Shown: positions 31,902 to 41,810 of the stretch, one piece after another | Numbering within the stretch: position 1 is the stretch's first letter | Layout of the letters: each line of letters opens with the position of its first letter | Assembly: GCA_963788195.1 (NCBI GenBank) | Contig: CAWBGA010000004.1 | Coordinates: forward strand, 64,001-128,000 | Direction of reading: 5' to 3' | DNA length: 64,000 bases | Source: Nitrospirota bacterium | GTDB taxonomy: Bacteria > Nitrospirota > Nitrospiria > Nitrospirales > NS-4 | Made by a program: the position numbers and the translations under genes | The notes under the pieces: model-generated | Told to the model about the DNA's origin: nothing | Databases searched by the model: none | Seen by the model: the letters and a program-made list of their open reading frames with translations, nothing else

Positions 31902-32971
31902 CCGCAAGATCTGGAAATCGGGAGGTACAAACACAATCGGCCAATTGCACTCGAGGTGCTCGCGTCCGTGTATTGTCGAATATACCATCATTCGGCTCAG
32001 TCAATAGCGAATACATTGACAACAACTACCTGGGATCCTACGGAAACGGGCTGAACAGACTAGTCAAGCTCTTTTGGGCAGGGATCCGTTCATATAGGTA
32101 TGATGTCATTTTCTTGAACTGCGCCCACATGGAAACACTGATGTTGGGCTTTCTCAAATACTTTCTGCCGTTCAACCGAAGCCAGATCGTTACGGCCGAC
32201 CTTATACTCCGGATACCGACCACGTGGCGGCAACGATGGCTCGTGTTCGTAAAACGTCTCGCCCTTAAACGTGTTCGCGTTTTCATTCTCTACCATCGGG
32301 ATTTCAGCGGCTACAGCCAGCTGTATGGAATTGACAAGGACAGAGTTATGTACGTTCCATTTAAAATTAATGCGCTCGAGCTCATCAAGAAGCAGACTCC
32401 CGTTGAAGGTGAATATATTTTTTCTGGCGGTGTCTCGCTCAGAGACTGGAACACCTTGTTGCTCGCTGTGCAAGGATTGGAAATACCCCTGATCATTCTA
32501 ACGCCTAGCGCTGAGAAAGACACGGCGCGAGTCTTCACAAAAGAGGTTCATGACAAGGTATGTATCGTTCATGATGATGGGAGTCTGGTGTCCTGGATTC
32601 GTTATATGGCAGGATGTAAGTTTGTCGTTCTGCCGATCTCATCCGACTCCATTGCCGCGTCTGGCATTAGTACGTATCTGATGGCTATGGCATTGAAAAA
32701 ATGCGTCGTCATCACTGAAGGACCGGCCACAAAGGGAATTCTTAACCGAGCGAACAGCATGATCGTTCCGCCGGGTGACCCTGTCGCACTTCGGAAGGCG
32801 ATTCAGCGCGTGAGCACAAATCCACAACTCCGGCAAGAGCTGGCAGAAGCAGGGTACGAGTACGCGATGAGCTTAGGTGACACGACACGATTATACGGGG
32901 ATTTCATTTCATCCATTCTCAAGATTACGCGTGACCATAACGTGGTGGGAACAAAATGTCTTACGGAGTAA
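31898..32971 (+). CDS. GT4-like glycosyltransferase
   Basis: SGGVSLRDW, FVVLP, SGIST..MAM, VPPGDP; ATGA overlap with the previous gene. Confidence 0.75.
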   Translation: MTARSGNREVQTQSANCTRGARVRVLSNIPSFGSVNSEYIDNNYLGSYGNGLNRLVKLFWAGIRSYRYDVIFLNCAHMETLMLGFLKYFLPFNRSQIVTADLILRIPTTWRQRWLVFVKRLALKRVRVFILYHRDFSGYSQLYGIDKDRVMYVPFKINALELIKKQTPVEGEYIFSGGVSLRDWNTLLLAVQGLEIPLIILTPSAEKDTARVFTKEVHDKVCIVHDDGSLVSWIRYMAGCKFVVLPISSDSIAASGISTYLMAMALKKCVVITEGPATKGILNRANSMIVPPGDPVALRKAIQRVSTNPQLRQELAEAGYEYAMSLGDTTRLYGDFISSILKITRDHNVVGTKCLTE

Positions 32972-33672
32972 CGGTTCTAAAAAGTTGGAGTGAAGTAGGC
33001 AGCGCGATTCATGCACTGGCAGAGCTCGGCCACCGTCCTCATCACAATGCAGTGAAGAGCTGGGATCTTTGGCTTATCAGAGAAATGGTGAAAGACCTCA
33101 ACCGAGACGAGTTAGTTGTTGACCTTGGCGCGGCTGTGCTCGGCGGCGTGAGACTACTGCACGAAATGGGGTTCCGCAAGATAATCGGATACGACTTCGG
33201 ATTCTCCATCTTTGACCGCATGCTCCAGGTGCGCGATTGGTTGGGCCACATGATACGCGTGCGTCATCCGGCCGGGTTGCCTTACCGGCTCCATCAACGG
33301 GATCTGCTGAGGACTCGTCTGCCAAGCGGCGGCGTCGGGGCTGTTGTCTGCCTTTCTGTTGTAGAGCATGGCGTAGATCTAGATCGATTTTTCGCGGAGG
33401 TGGCGCGTCTCCTGAAGCCAGGGGGGCGGCTTTATATATCGACCGATTACTGGGAACCAAAGATTGACACCAATGGGCGCAAGATGTTCGGCCAACCATG
33501 GACAATCTTTTGTGCTAACGAAATACAATCCATGATCGAGTGTGGGAGGAAGTACGGTCTGATTGTCGAACCCGGGAAACCTGAAAATCTACAATGTCAC
33601 GAGGCCGTCGTACATGATGGCCGTCACGCCTACACCTTTGCAGCCGTTTGGTTTAGTAAGAAGGAGGAATAA
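32956..33672 (+). CDS. Class I SAM-dependent methyltransferase
   Basis: KSWD, VVDLGA, CLSVVEHGVD, RLLKPGGRLYISTDYW. Confidence 0.78.
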   Translation: MSYGVTVLKSWSEVGSAIHALAELGHRPHHNAVKSWDLWLIREMVKDLNRDELVVDLGAAVLGGVRLLHEMGFRKIIGYDFGFSIFDRMLQVRDWLGHMIRVRHPAGLPYRLHQRDLLRTRLPSGGVGAVVCLSVVEHGVDLDRFFAEVARLLKPGGRLYISTDYWEPKIDTNGRKMFGQPWTIFCANEIQSMIECGRKYGLIVEPGKPENLQCHEAVVHDGRHAYTFAAVWFSKKEE

Positions 33673-33836
33673 TCTCTGCAGGCGCTGTTGAAAGCACACG
33701 ATCATCGAATCGTCAGCCGGGTGTACCTGACTGATACGACATCCTTCTCAAGCGCAGAGACTGTTTTGGACTTTCGTATGGTTAGTCACATTGCGAATAG
33801 TCTCTGTTCTGTTGTGAAACCAGGTGGGCTTAAGGC

Positions 33837-34988
33837 GTGAGCGCAACAGTGCTTCAAAGACAGCTCGCCGGAGTAGCTAGAGAACGTGCGGAACCGATCA
33901 AGCTGGCGCATGCCGTCTATGCCCTTTGTATGGGAGGGTCAGAAGCGCTGGCGAGGCAGATCACCGGCAAGCTCAATGGGAACGGCCTGTACCGATGTTC
34001 GATCTATGCCGTCGACCACGGGGGGCCGATGGCGGAGATTCTAACTGCCGAGGGCATTCCGTATCATGTCTTTTCACGAAGCGGTAAGCTGGACTTAGGC
34101 TTGATCGGAAAGTTGACCGCTAGACTGAGAAAAGAACGGGTTCAGATCGTCCATACTCACCACCTGAACCAGTTGTTGTACGCCGGCATTGCAGGGCGCC
34201 TGGCGGGAGCCAGGGTGATTCATACAGAACACGAATTCTACTTGTTGAGCCGGCGCCGGGCACGACGTCTACTGCGCGTGCTGTCAAAGGTGGCGGACCG
34301 CGTCACGGCTGTCGCTGAGCCCGTCACTGAATTTTTGCGAACCGAAGTCGGGATTCCCCCCTCGAAGCTCACGACTATCCCGAATGGAGTCGATATCGGC
34401 CGCTTCCAATCGGCACGCCGGATCGACCGTTCTGTTTGGGGATGGAGTAACGAAGATGTTGTCATTGGATGTGTAGCAAGGTTGGAACCGGAAAAGGGGC
34501 ATGCCGTTTTATTTGACGCCTTTCAGTCGGTCCATGCCAAGTACCCGCGCGCCCGTCTGTTGCTCGTGGGAGACGGTAGCGAAGGGGATCAATTGATGGC
34601 CAAGGCCCGAGGGCTTGGACTGCACGGGGCAATCCAATTCCTTGGAATCCGGCACGATATTCCTGAGGTATTGGCAACGTGCGATGTCATCACGTTGCCG
34701 TCGTCTCGGGAAGGATTGCCGATGGTCCTGTTAGAGGCTATGGCAGCCCGAAAGCCGGTCGTAGCGACGAGGGTCGGTAGCGTGCCCGACGTTGTGACCG
34801 ATGGCGAGTCAGGCTTCTTGCTATCAAGTGGCGATACCCATGCATTAGCCGGTGCCCTCTGCGTCTTGGTCCAGGACTCCAATAAACGAAACGTTCTCGC
34901 CGACGAAGGGTACAAGATTGTAGAAAGGCGGTTTAATTTCGCGCGAACATTGCAGATGTATCAGGAAGTATATGCCAGGGTACTTTAA
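33837..34988 (+). CDS. GT4 family glycosyltransferase
   Basis: GGSE, HTEH, IPNGVD, ARLEPEKG, SREGLPMVLLEAMA. Confidence 0.9.
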   Translation: MSATVLQRQLAGVARERAEPIKLAHAVYALCMGGSEALARQITGKLNGNGLYRCSIYAVDHGGPMAEILTAEGIPYHVFSRSGKLDLGLIGKLTARLRKERVQIVHTHHLNQLLYAGIAGRLAGARVIHTEHEFYLLSRRRARRLLRVLSKVADRVTAVAEPVTEFLRTEVGIPPSKLTTIPNGVDIGRFQSARRIDRSVWGWSNEDVVIGCVARLEPEKGHAVLFDAFQSVHAKYPRARLLLVGDGSEGDQLMAKARGLGLHGAIQFLGIRHDIPEVLATCDVITLPSSREGLPMVLLEAMAARKPVVATRVGSVPDVVTDGESGFLLSSGDTHALAGALCVLVQDSNKRNVLADEGYKIVERRFNFARTLQMYQEVYARVL

Positions 34989-35145
34989 AGGGGTTGAAAC
35001 CATGTGGTCATTCACAGATTATCGATGGAGTTCTCGCGGCCGGCGTTACGTTATTATGCCCCTGCTCCGCCTTCCCTTTCTTGCATAGGTAAGAAAGGGT
35101 GAAAGTGAACTTTGTTTACCATTGTGATTGATTTATAAATCGACG

Positions 35146-37023
35146 TTGTGCGGCATTGCGGGCATGTTATCCCTCACAGGTCGTCCCCTCGAGCGGCATG
35201 AGCTTGTCCGGTCCATGTGTGACCGGTTGATTCACCGCGGTCCCGACGAGGAAGGCTATTATCTCAATCCATCCCGGACCCTTTGCCTGGGGCACCGACG
35301 TCTCCGTATCATCGATCTAGCAACTGGACGACAACCTATCGCCAATGAGGACGGCTCCGTGACCGTCACCTTTAACGGCGAAATCTACGGATTTCAACCG
35401 ATACGCGAATCTCTGCAATCACGGGGGCATCACTTTCAGACGCACACCGATACGGAAGTTATTGTCCATTTGTATGAGGAACAGGGTATCGACTGTTTGG
35501 CAGAGCTGAAAGGCATGTTCGCGTTCGCTCTATGGGACGAACGAGGCGAGACGCTCTATTTAGCGCGCGATCGGATGGGCAAAAAGCCCCTCTACTATAC
35601 GATGCAACAAGGGATCTTGTTCTTTGCTTCGGAGCTTCATGCACTCCTGGCGGTGCCTGGTCTGTCCCGCGAGATTGATGATGTCGCGCTTGATCAATAT
35701 CTGACCCTTGGCTATGTCCCAGCTCCCCGGACCATCTATCAGCACATCAAGAAGCTTGTAGCTGGAGAATACGTCAGAGTCCATTCCGGGAATCTCCAGC
35801 AGACGCAATATTGGGAACTTCACAGTATGGTGCAAGGCACTCATTCCGACAAGTTCCGCCCTGAGGAGGCCATGGAGGAACTGGTGCGCCGGTTCAGGGA
35901 CGCCACGGCACTCCGCATGATCAGCGATGTCCCGCTTGGCTGTTTTTTGAGCGGCGGCGTGGACTCCAGTACCGTCCTGGCTTTCATGGCAGAACTGTCA
36001 CCTCGCCCTGTCCAGACGTTTTCGATCGGTTTCCCCGAAGAGAGTTATAGCGAGCTCAAGTACGCCCGAATGATGGCGGAGCACTTTGGCACGGATCATC
36101 ATGAATACGTGCTCATGCCCGATGGGGCGAGCATTTTGGATGAATTGGTGCGGCATGTTGGGGAGCCTCTGGCGGATTCGTCCGCATTGCCGACATGGTA
36201 CTTGGCGCAACTGACGAAAAAGTCGGTCACGGTCGCTTTAACGGGCGATGGGGGCGATGAACTATTCGGAGGGTACCGCTGGTATCAGACGGTACGTGCT
36301 CTGGAGGCTCTCGCGCATGTTCCGCAGTGGCTGGTGCGTATGGGAACGCATCTTGAAAACAGTTCACTGCCATGGCTTGGTCCGGTAGGCAAAGCCGCAG
36401 CTTTGCTGGAGGCCTCTGGCGGAGTACGCCATGCAACATTGCGTCAGGTAATAAGTCCCAAGGTCAAAGGCGCTCTCTATTCAGACGCCTTTGTTTCCCG
36501 AACACGTAATAGGGCGCTGGAATGGTTGGGTAGCAGATATGATCAGATCCAAGCCGACGATCCGCTGAATCACGCCATGGCGGCAGATCTTGTCACCTAC
36601 TTAGCCGAGGACCTCCTTGTAAAGGTCGATCGCACTTCTATGGCTCATGCTCTGGAATGCCGGTCCCCTTTTTTAGATACCGACCTGGTGGAGTGGGTGT
36701 TCAGCCTGCCCTCCGCGGTTAAGCTGTCGTCCCGCGGGAGTAAATGGTTACTGCGTGAAGCAGTCCACGATCGTTTTCCGCAAGGGTTTCTTGATCGTCG
36801 GAAGCAAGCCTTCGATGTGCCGTTAGAAAAATGGTTCCGAAACGATCTTCGCACACTTGTGAAGGACCGCGTGCTGCATGGCCCGCTGGCAGCGCTTGAC
36901 GTCTTTGATGCGTCGGGTTTGAAGCAGGTGATAGAAGAACATTTTACGGGACAGGCTAACTACGAGAACATCGTCTGGTCGCTGCTGGTGCTTGCGACCT
37001 GGCTGGAAGGTGCAACATCATGA
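35146..37023 (+). CDS. asnB: Second asparagine synthase (glutamine-hydrolysing) family amidotransferase
   Basis: TTG-TGC-GGC-ATT start gives MCGIAG; HRGPD, FNGEIY, LSGGVDS, TGDGGDE. Confidence 0.9.
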   Translation: MCGIAGMLSLTGRPLERHELVRSMCDRLIHRGPDEEGYYLNPSRTLCLGHRRLRIIDLATGRQPIANEDGSVTVTFNGEIYGFQPIRESLQSRGHHFQTHTDTEVIVHLYEEQGIDCLAELKGMFAFALWDERGETLYLARDRMGKKPLYYTMQQGILFFASELHALLAVPGLSREIDDVALDQYLTLGYVPAPRTIYQHIKKLVAGEYVRVHSGNLQQTQYWELHSMVQGTHSDKFRPEEAMEELVRRFRDATALRMISDVPLGCFLSGGVDSSTVLAFMAELSPRPVQTFSIGFPEESYSELKYARMMAEHFGTDHHEYVLMPDGASILDELVRHVGEPLADSSALPTWYLAQLTKKSVTVALTGDGGDELFGGYRWYQTVRALEALAHVPQWLVRMGTHLENSSLPWLGPVGKAAALLEASGGVRHATLRQVISPKVKGALYSDAFVSRTRNRALEWLGSRYDQIQADDPLNHAMAADLVTYLAEDLLVKVDRTSMAHALECRSPFLDTDLVEWVFSLPSAVKLSSRGSKWLLREAVHDRFPQGFLDRRKQAFDVPLEKWFRNDLRTLVKDRVLHGPLAALDVFDASGLKQVIEEHFTGQANYENIVWSLLVLATWLEGATS

Positions 37024-37949
37024 CAAAGATAGTCGCTGCTATACTTGTTTGTCTGTCATCGACGGCCGTTGCCTGCGCGCAGACACCAACGGATTTCAAG
37101 GCCACATGGAAGACCAACATGCTGTCCTATGGCGAGCGTTACTGCCAGTCCAACGATCCGCAATATGATCCGATTCGGGTCTACTACCAGATCGCTGCGT
37201 ACACCGGGGACCCCAAGTGGGAACGGTGTGCAGAGGCACAGGTTAAGACCTATAGGGATGGTTATCTCATTCCCAACAATTATGGCATACCGGGATACTG
37301 GGTTTACCCGCATGGTCTCTACATGCACTACCAGAGGACCCATGACGAGAAATCGAAGAACGCCCTGTTAGGGCTGGCGCAAAAGCCGGCATTTGGCTAC
37401 GCCCCGCTGGAGTGGACAGCAGATTCGGGCTTGAGCCGGGAGGTAGCCTATAATCTTCAAGCCAAGCTGCTGGCCGTAGAATTTGGATATAAGGACGAGA
37501 AACGCATCAAGGAATTAGTAGACCAGGCGCTCGGCCATTACGACCAGTGGTTTGTCAGCAAAACGGCACCCTTCCTACAGCCCTTCATGGCAGCCCTCAC
37601 CGCTGAAGCGCTGATTATGTGGTACGACAAGACGAAGGACCCGCGAGTGCTACCGGCCTTGAAGACAGGTGCGGATTGGATGTGGGAGCACGTATGGTTG
37701 CCAAAACAGGGCGCATTCATACTTATTACTACCGATGACAAGGCCGTTGCTCCCGATCTGAATCTTTTGATCGCGCCACTCTACGGATGGGTTTATAAAA
37801 TGACTGGAGATCCGAAGTATCGCACCATAGGGGATCAGATCTTCGAGAATGGAATCACCCGAGGTTATCTGGAAACACAGAAACACTTTAATCAAAATTA
37901 TCGTTGGAGCTTTAACTATTTGATTTGGCGGGAGGCTGCCGCCAAATGA
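37020..37949 (+). CDS. Secreted hypothetical protein, probable alpha/alpha-toroid carbohydrate-active fold
   Basis: Signal-peptide-like N-terminus; aromatic-rich helical repeats (YTGDPKW, KTKDPRVL, MTGDPKY); ATGA coupling to asnB. Confidence 0.6.
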   Translation: MTKIVAAILVCLSSTAVACAQTPTDFKATWKTNMLSYGERYCQSNDPQYDPIRVYYQIAAYTGDPKWERCAEAQVKTYRDGYLIPNNYGIPGYWVYPHGLYMHYQRTHDEKSKNALLGLAQKPAFGYAPLEWTADSGLSREVAYNLQAKLLAVEFGYKDEKRIKELVDQALGHYDQWFVSKTAPFLQPFMAALTAEALIMWYDKTKDPRVLPALKTGADWMWEHVWLPKQGAFILITTDDKAVAPDLNLLIAPLYGWVYKMTGDPKYRTIGDQIFENGITRGYLETQKHFNQNYRWSFNYLIWREAAAK

Positions 37950-37995
37950 AGGCTTTATCTTGGAGCATTATTCCTCGGTGGTAGATTACACGGCC

Positions 37996-39180
37996 ATGGC
38001 CGCCCCTAGCATACAGGCGCCGGAGACAACGTTATTGGAGCTCTCCATCGTGATGCCTTGCCTTAATGAGGCGGAAACCCTCGCAACATGTATTGAAAAA
38101 GCACGGACTTCTCTGCGAAACCTTCAGATCGTCGGGGAAATCATTATTGCCGATAATGGAAGCACCGATGGTTCTCAAGAAATTGCGGCTCGCATGGGCG
38201 CCCGCATTGTCCATGTGGAGGCCAAAGGGTACGGCAATGCTCTGATGGAGGGGATCGCGGCTGCGCGCGGCAAGTACATAATCATGGGAGACGCCGACGA
38301 CAGCTACGATTTTGCTGACCTGGAGCCTTTTATCGAGAAATTACGAGAAGGGTATGACCTTGTAATGGGGAATCGGTTCGCAGGCGGTATCAAGCCGCGC
38401 GCGATGCCGCCTTTGCACAAATATTTTGGAAACCCTGTGTTGACCGGGATCGCGCGGGTCATGTTCTGGCACCCTCCATGCGGCGATTTTCATTGCGGCC
38501 TGCGCGGATTCAATAAAGCCTCAGTGCTGCGAATGGACCTGCGGACCACAGGGATGGAGTTCGCGAGCGAGATGATCGTCAAAGCCGTCCTCCAGAAGAT
38601 GCGCATCACCGAAGTGCCCACGGTGCTCTCACCAGATGGTCGTACCCGGCCTCCGCACTTGCGTAGTTGGCGAGATGGGTGGCGGCACCTTCGATTTTTG
38701 CTGCTGTACAGTCCGCGCTGGCTTTTTCTGTATCCTGGCCTGTTGTTGATGATCGTGGGCGGCCTTGTCGGAGGGTGGCTATTGGTAGGTCCGAAAGTGA
38801 TCGGGCGGACAACTCTGGATGTGCATACATTGTTGTATGCCGCCTTGGCGATCGTGGTTGGTTTTCAGGCAATCGTCTTCGCGGTCTTCACCAAAATATT
38901 TGCAGTAAACGAGAGATTGCTCCCTGAAGACCCGCGCATGACCAGAATGTTTCACTATATCACTCTTGAAGTGGGATTAATCATAGGAAGTGTGCTGCTT
39001 CTGTTTGGTTTTGCCGGCTCACTGTACGCATTCGGTTATTGGAGCACCCAGTCTTTCGGCCCGCTGGATCCTTCCAAGAGCTTGCGAATCGTCATTCCGG
39101 CCGTCACCGCAATTACTCTGGGCTTTCAGATAATTTTCTCGAGTTTTTTCCTGAGCGTATTAGGCATGAAACGGCGGTAA
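37996..39180 (+). CDS. GT2 polyprenyl-phosphate glycosyltransferase (DPM1/GtrB-like) with C-terminal TMs
   Basis: MPCLNEAET, DNGSTDGS, GYGNAL, MGDADDSYD, GMEFASEM, RSWRDGWRHL. Confidence 0.9.
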   Translation: MAAPSIQAPETTLLELSIVMPCLNEAETLATCIEKARTSLRNLQIVGEIIIADNGSTDGSQEIAARMGARIVHVEAKGYGNALMEGIAAARGKYIIMGDADDSYDFADLEPFIEKLREGYDLVMGNRFAGGIKPRAMPPLHKYFGNPVLTGIARVMFWHPPCGDFHCGLRGFNKASVLRMDLRTTGMEFASEMIVKAVLQKMRITEVPTVLSPDGRTRPPHLRSWRDGWRHLRFLLLYSPRWLFLYPGLLLMIVGGLVGGWLLVGPKVIGRTTLDVHTLLYAALAIVVGFQAIVFAVFTKIFAVNERLLPEDPRMTRMFHYITLEVGLIIGSVLLLFGFAGSLYAFGYWSTQSFGPLDPSKSLRIVIPAVTAITLGFQIIFSSFFLSVLGMKRR

Positions 39181-39189
39181 GGACAAACC

Positions 39190-39870
39190 ATGGAATTTGA
39201 CCGGTACGCGGAGGATTATGATTTAGCTCTTGCTCAGGGAATTTCCATCTCTGGGGAAGATAAGGACTATTTCGCCCGCGGCCGCATCGGTTGGTTGTCT
39301 CGGTGTCTGAAGGATCGGCAAGAGCGGCCTCAATCCATTATGGATTTTGGCTGTGGCACAGGGTCTTCTACGGTTTGTTTTCTCGAACTCCTGGGTGCCG
39401 CGTCGGTCATTGGCGTGGACACCTCGGAAAAGTCGCTCGAAGTGGCCAAACGGACGCACGGCTCCGAGCACGCGCAGTTCTTCTCACGCGATCATTACGC
39501 GCCGAACGAAGAAATCGATTTGGCCTTTTGTAATGGCGTCTTTCATCATATCCCTGTTGTGGACCGCGGGACGGCCCTTGCCTATATCCATCGCTCATTA
39601 CGTCCCGGCGGACTTTTCGCCTTGTGGGAGAACAATCCTTGGAACCCAGGCACCCGCTACGTCATGAGCCGATGTCCATTTGATGACGACGCCATTACTC
39701 TGACCGCTTCCGAAACGCGACGCCTCTTACGAAGCGCGAAGTTTGAGATCCTGCGCACGGATTTCCTGTTCATCTTTCCCCGGATGCTGTCTTGGTGTCG
39801 GGGCATCGAGCCGCTGCTTTCGCGTCTGGCGCTCGGGGCGCAATACCAGGTCCTTTGCCGAAAACGATGA
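39190..39870 (+). CDS. Class I SAM-dependent methyltransferase
   Basis: EFDRYAEDY, MDFGCGTG, VFHHI, ENNPWNP, CPFD, GAQY. Confidence 0.85.
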   Translation: MEFDRYAEDYDLALAQGISISGEDKDYFARGRIGWLSRCLKDRQERPQSIMDFGCGTGSSTVCFLELLGAASVIGVDTSEKSLEVAKRTHGSEHAQFFSRDHYAPNEEIDLAFCNGVFHHIPVVDRGTALAYIHRSLRPGGLFALWENNPWNPGTRYVMSRCPFDDDAITLTASETRRLLRSAKFEILRTDFLFIFPRMLSWCRGIEPLLSRLALGAQYQVLCRKR

Positions 39871-39900
39871 AATGAGTGTGATGCACTGTAGGGCTATGGC

Positions 39901-41619
39901 ATGAATCCGGATATCTCGGCACGAGGCTTATCGAACGGTTCAGTTACCGTCGGAAAGACTTGGTTGGTATTATCGAAAACAAGTCGGATACGAATCTATC
40001 TCCTGATCCTCCTACTTGCCAGTACCATCGGCTATGGTATGTCCGAATCCGTCGGGTACGGGGATGCCCCTTATTATGCTCTACAGATCGAGCAGGGCAT
40101 CCTGATCGAACCCGGCCATTTGTTATGGAGACCGTTGGGAGCAGCGCTTTACGCGGTGATTCATCAGATTGGGTACACCGGTGACGCGCTGTGGGTGCTC
40201 CAAGGGATCAGCCTCGTGGCGAGCGTCGCTTCCGTGGCGGCGATGTTCTACTTTCTTTTACAATGGTGTGCGCCCGCAACGGCGTTCTTCGGAGCGGCGT
40301 TGTTCGCATTTTCCAACGGCTTCTGGTACTACGGCATCTCTGGCTGCTCGTATTCCCTCAGCGTCTTCTTCACGATCATGGCGGTCATCTTTGCCGCTCC
40401 TGCGAAGGACACGATAAGACCGTCTCCGAAGCGCACCCTGCTTTCTGGGCTGATGGGGGGAATGGCCGCTCTGGCCTGGCTCCCCCAAGGCCTAAACATG
40501 CCCGCCCTCCTGGCGGCAAACATCCTGCTTCAGGTGCCCCTACGTGAGTTTCGAATCAAGCGTGCCGTCATGGTGGGAATGCTCTTTCTCGCCGCCTATG
40601 CGGGAACGGTGTGGCTGCCACTGGTGGGAGCGTACTTGGCGCTTCCTCTCTTAGGGGCATATCACTACTATGGGGATGGCTTGGAAAACGTGAATTTCGT
40701 GGGCTGGCTCATCAGCGCGAGCCATAATATTCATAATGATCTCGGCCTCGCGCAAGGTTTTCGCGTCATCAATGGATGGGCACAGTCGATAGTGAATCTA
40801 AATGATTTGGGGTCACAAGTCCGACTCTGGCTCATCGAGGGTAAAGGTTCTCTGGGTTCGTCGGTGGCTGCAGGGTTATTAAAGTTAAGCTTCTTCTATT
40901 TTGTTGTCATGGCCGCCCTCTGGTTGATCTTGAAAAATAGTCGGCGGGGGCTTCTTGGAGACCGGAAAACGGCCATCCTGGTTGTGGGGTTTGGTTCTCT
41001 ATTGGCAAACTTCGCGTTCAGCTTAGGTTGGGAAGCCACGGCTCTCGAGCGGTATTTGCCGTCAACCCCTTTTTTGATTCTCGCCTTGTGCATCGCCTGG
41101 GATACGTCGAAGCTGAGCCAGCGACCAGCATACGGAATCCTTGCGGCGTTGATCATCCCTCTGGTGATAACCGTGAATTGGCTGGGGACTTTTGCCCCAG
41201 TGCAAGGAGCCGATTCCTATAGACACCAGTGGTTGACGGCAGTCCATCGGCACATGACTCAGTCTGATTTGCTTATCATTTTAGGATCCAAGCACCTTGC
41301 CGATCCGCATAATCGTGCGATGCCTCGTATACTGCATATCTCTCTACAAACCACGCTGACATCAGACCCCGCAACATGGAAGGGGCTTACTCAGGACTGG
41401 ATTCGCCAGACCCTGCAAGGTGGAGGTCGTGTTCTGATCGGCGAGTCTGTTCTTGGACTGGATCCGATGCCGCGTGGTGGTTGGAGCTTCAAAGAGCACC
41501 CTGTCCCGAGCCCAAAAGATTTGGATGATTTCTTTGGGCCGTTAAAGGGGCAATTCGTTTTCTCGGCCGGCGGTGAGCGGGTGTGGCTCATGAAGTCGGA
41601 CGGGGCCGAAAAGCCGTAG
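39901..41619 (+). CDS. Polytopic membrane protein, probable GT-C (ArnT/GtrC-like) glycosyltransferase
   Basis: About 11-12 hydrophobic segments, GDAPYYA...PGHLLW first loop, ERYLP motif, soluble C-terminal domain; lies between GtrB-like and GtrA genes. Confidence 0.6.
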   Translation: MNPDISARGLSNGSVTVGKTWLVLSKTSRIRIYLLILLLASTIGYGMSESVGYGDAPYYALQIEQGILIEPGHLLWRPLGAALYAVIHQIGYTGDALWVLQGISLVASVASVAAMFYFLLQWCAPATAFFGAALFAFSNGFWYYGISGCSYSLSVFFTIMAVIFAAPAKDTIRPSPKRTLLSGLMGGMAALAWLPQGLNMPALLAANILLQVPLREFRIKRAVMVGMLFLAAYAGTVWLPLVGAYLALPLLGAYHYYGDGLENVNFVGWLISASHNIHNDLGLAQGFRVINGWAQSIVNLNDLGSQVRLWLIEGKGSLGSSVAAGLLKLSFFYFVVMAALWLILKNSRRGLLGDRKTAILVVGFGSLLANFAFSLGWEATALERYLPSTPFLILALCIAWDTSKLSQRPAYGILAALIIPLVITVNWLGTFAPVQGADSYRHQWLTAVHRHMTQSDLLIILGSKHLADPHNRAMPRILHISLQTTLTSDPATWKGLTQDWIRQTLQGGGRVLIGESVLGLDPMPRGGWSFKEHPVPSPKDLDDFFGPLKGQFVFSAGGERVWLMKSDGAEKP

Positions 41620-41810
41620 ACGCAGTTTCTGCATCCGGCCTCTTGATTTCCACGGCATCTATCAAGTAAGCCGGTCTTCTGGTGCTGGTCTGAAATTCCG
41701 ATTTTGTGCTCGTCGCCCTAGCCCCCTGATTCCGCTCGGGCTGACAGTGTTCGGGTTCACTCGTCTACGACTGCGAGACATACGATATATTATTCAGGGA
41801 ATAGCCAAAC

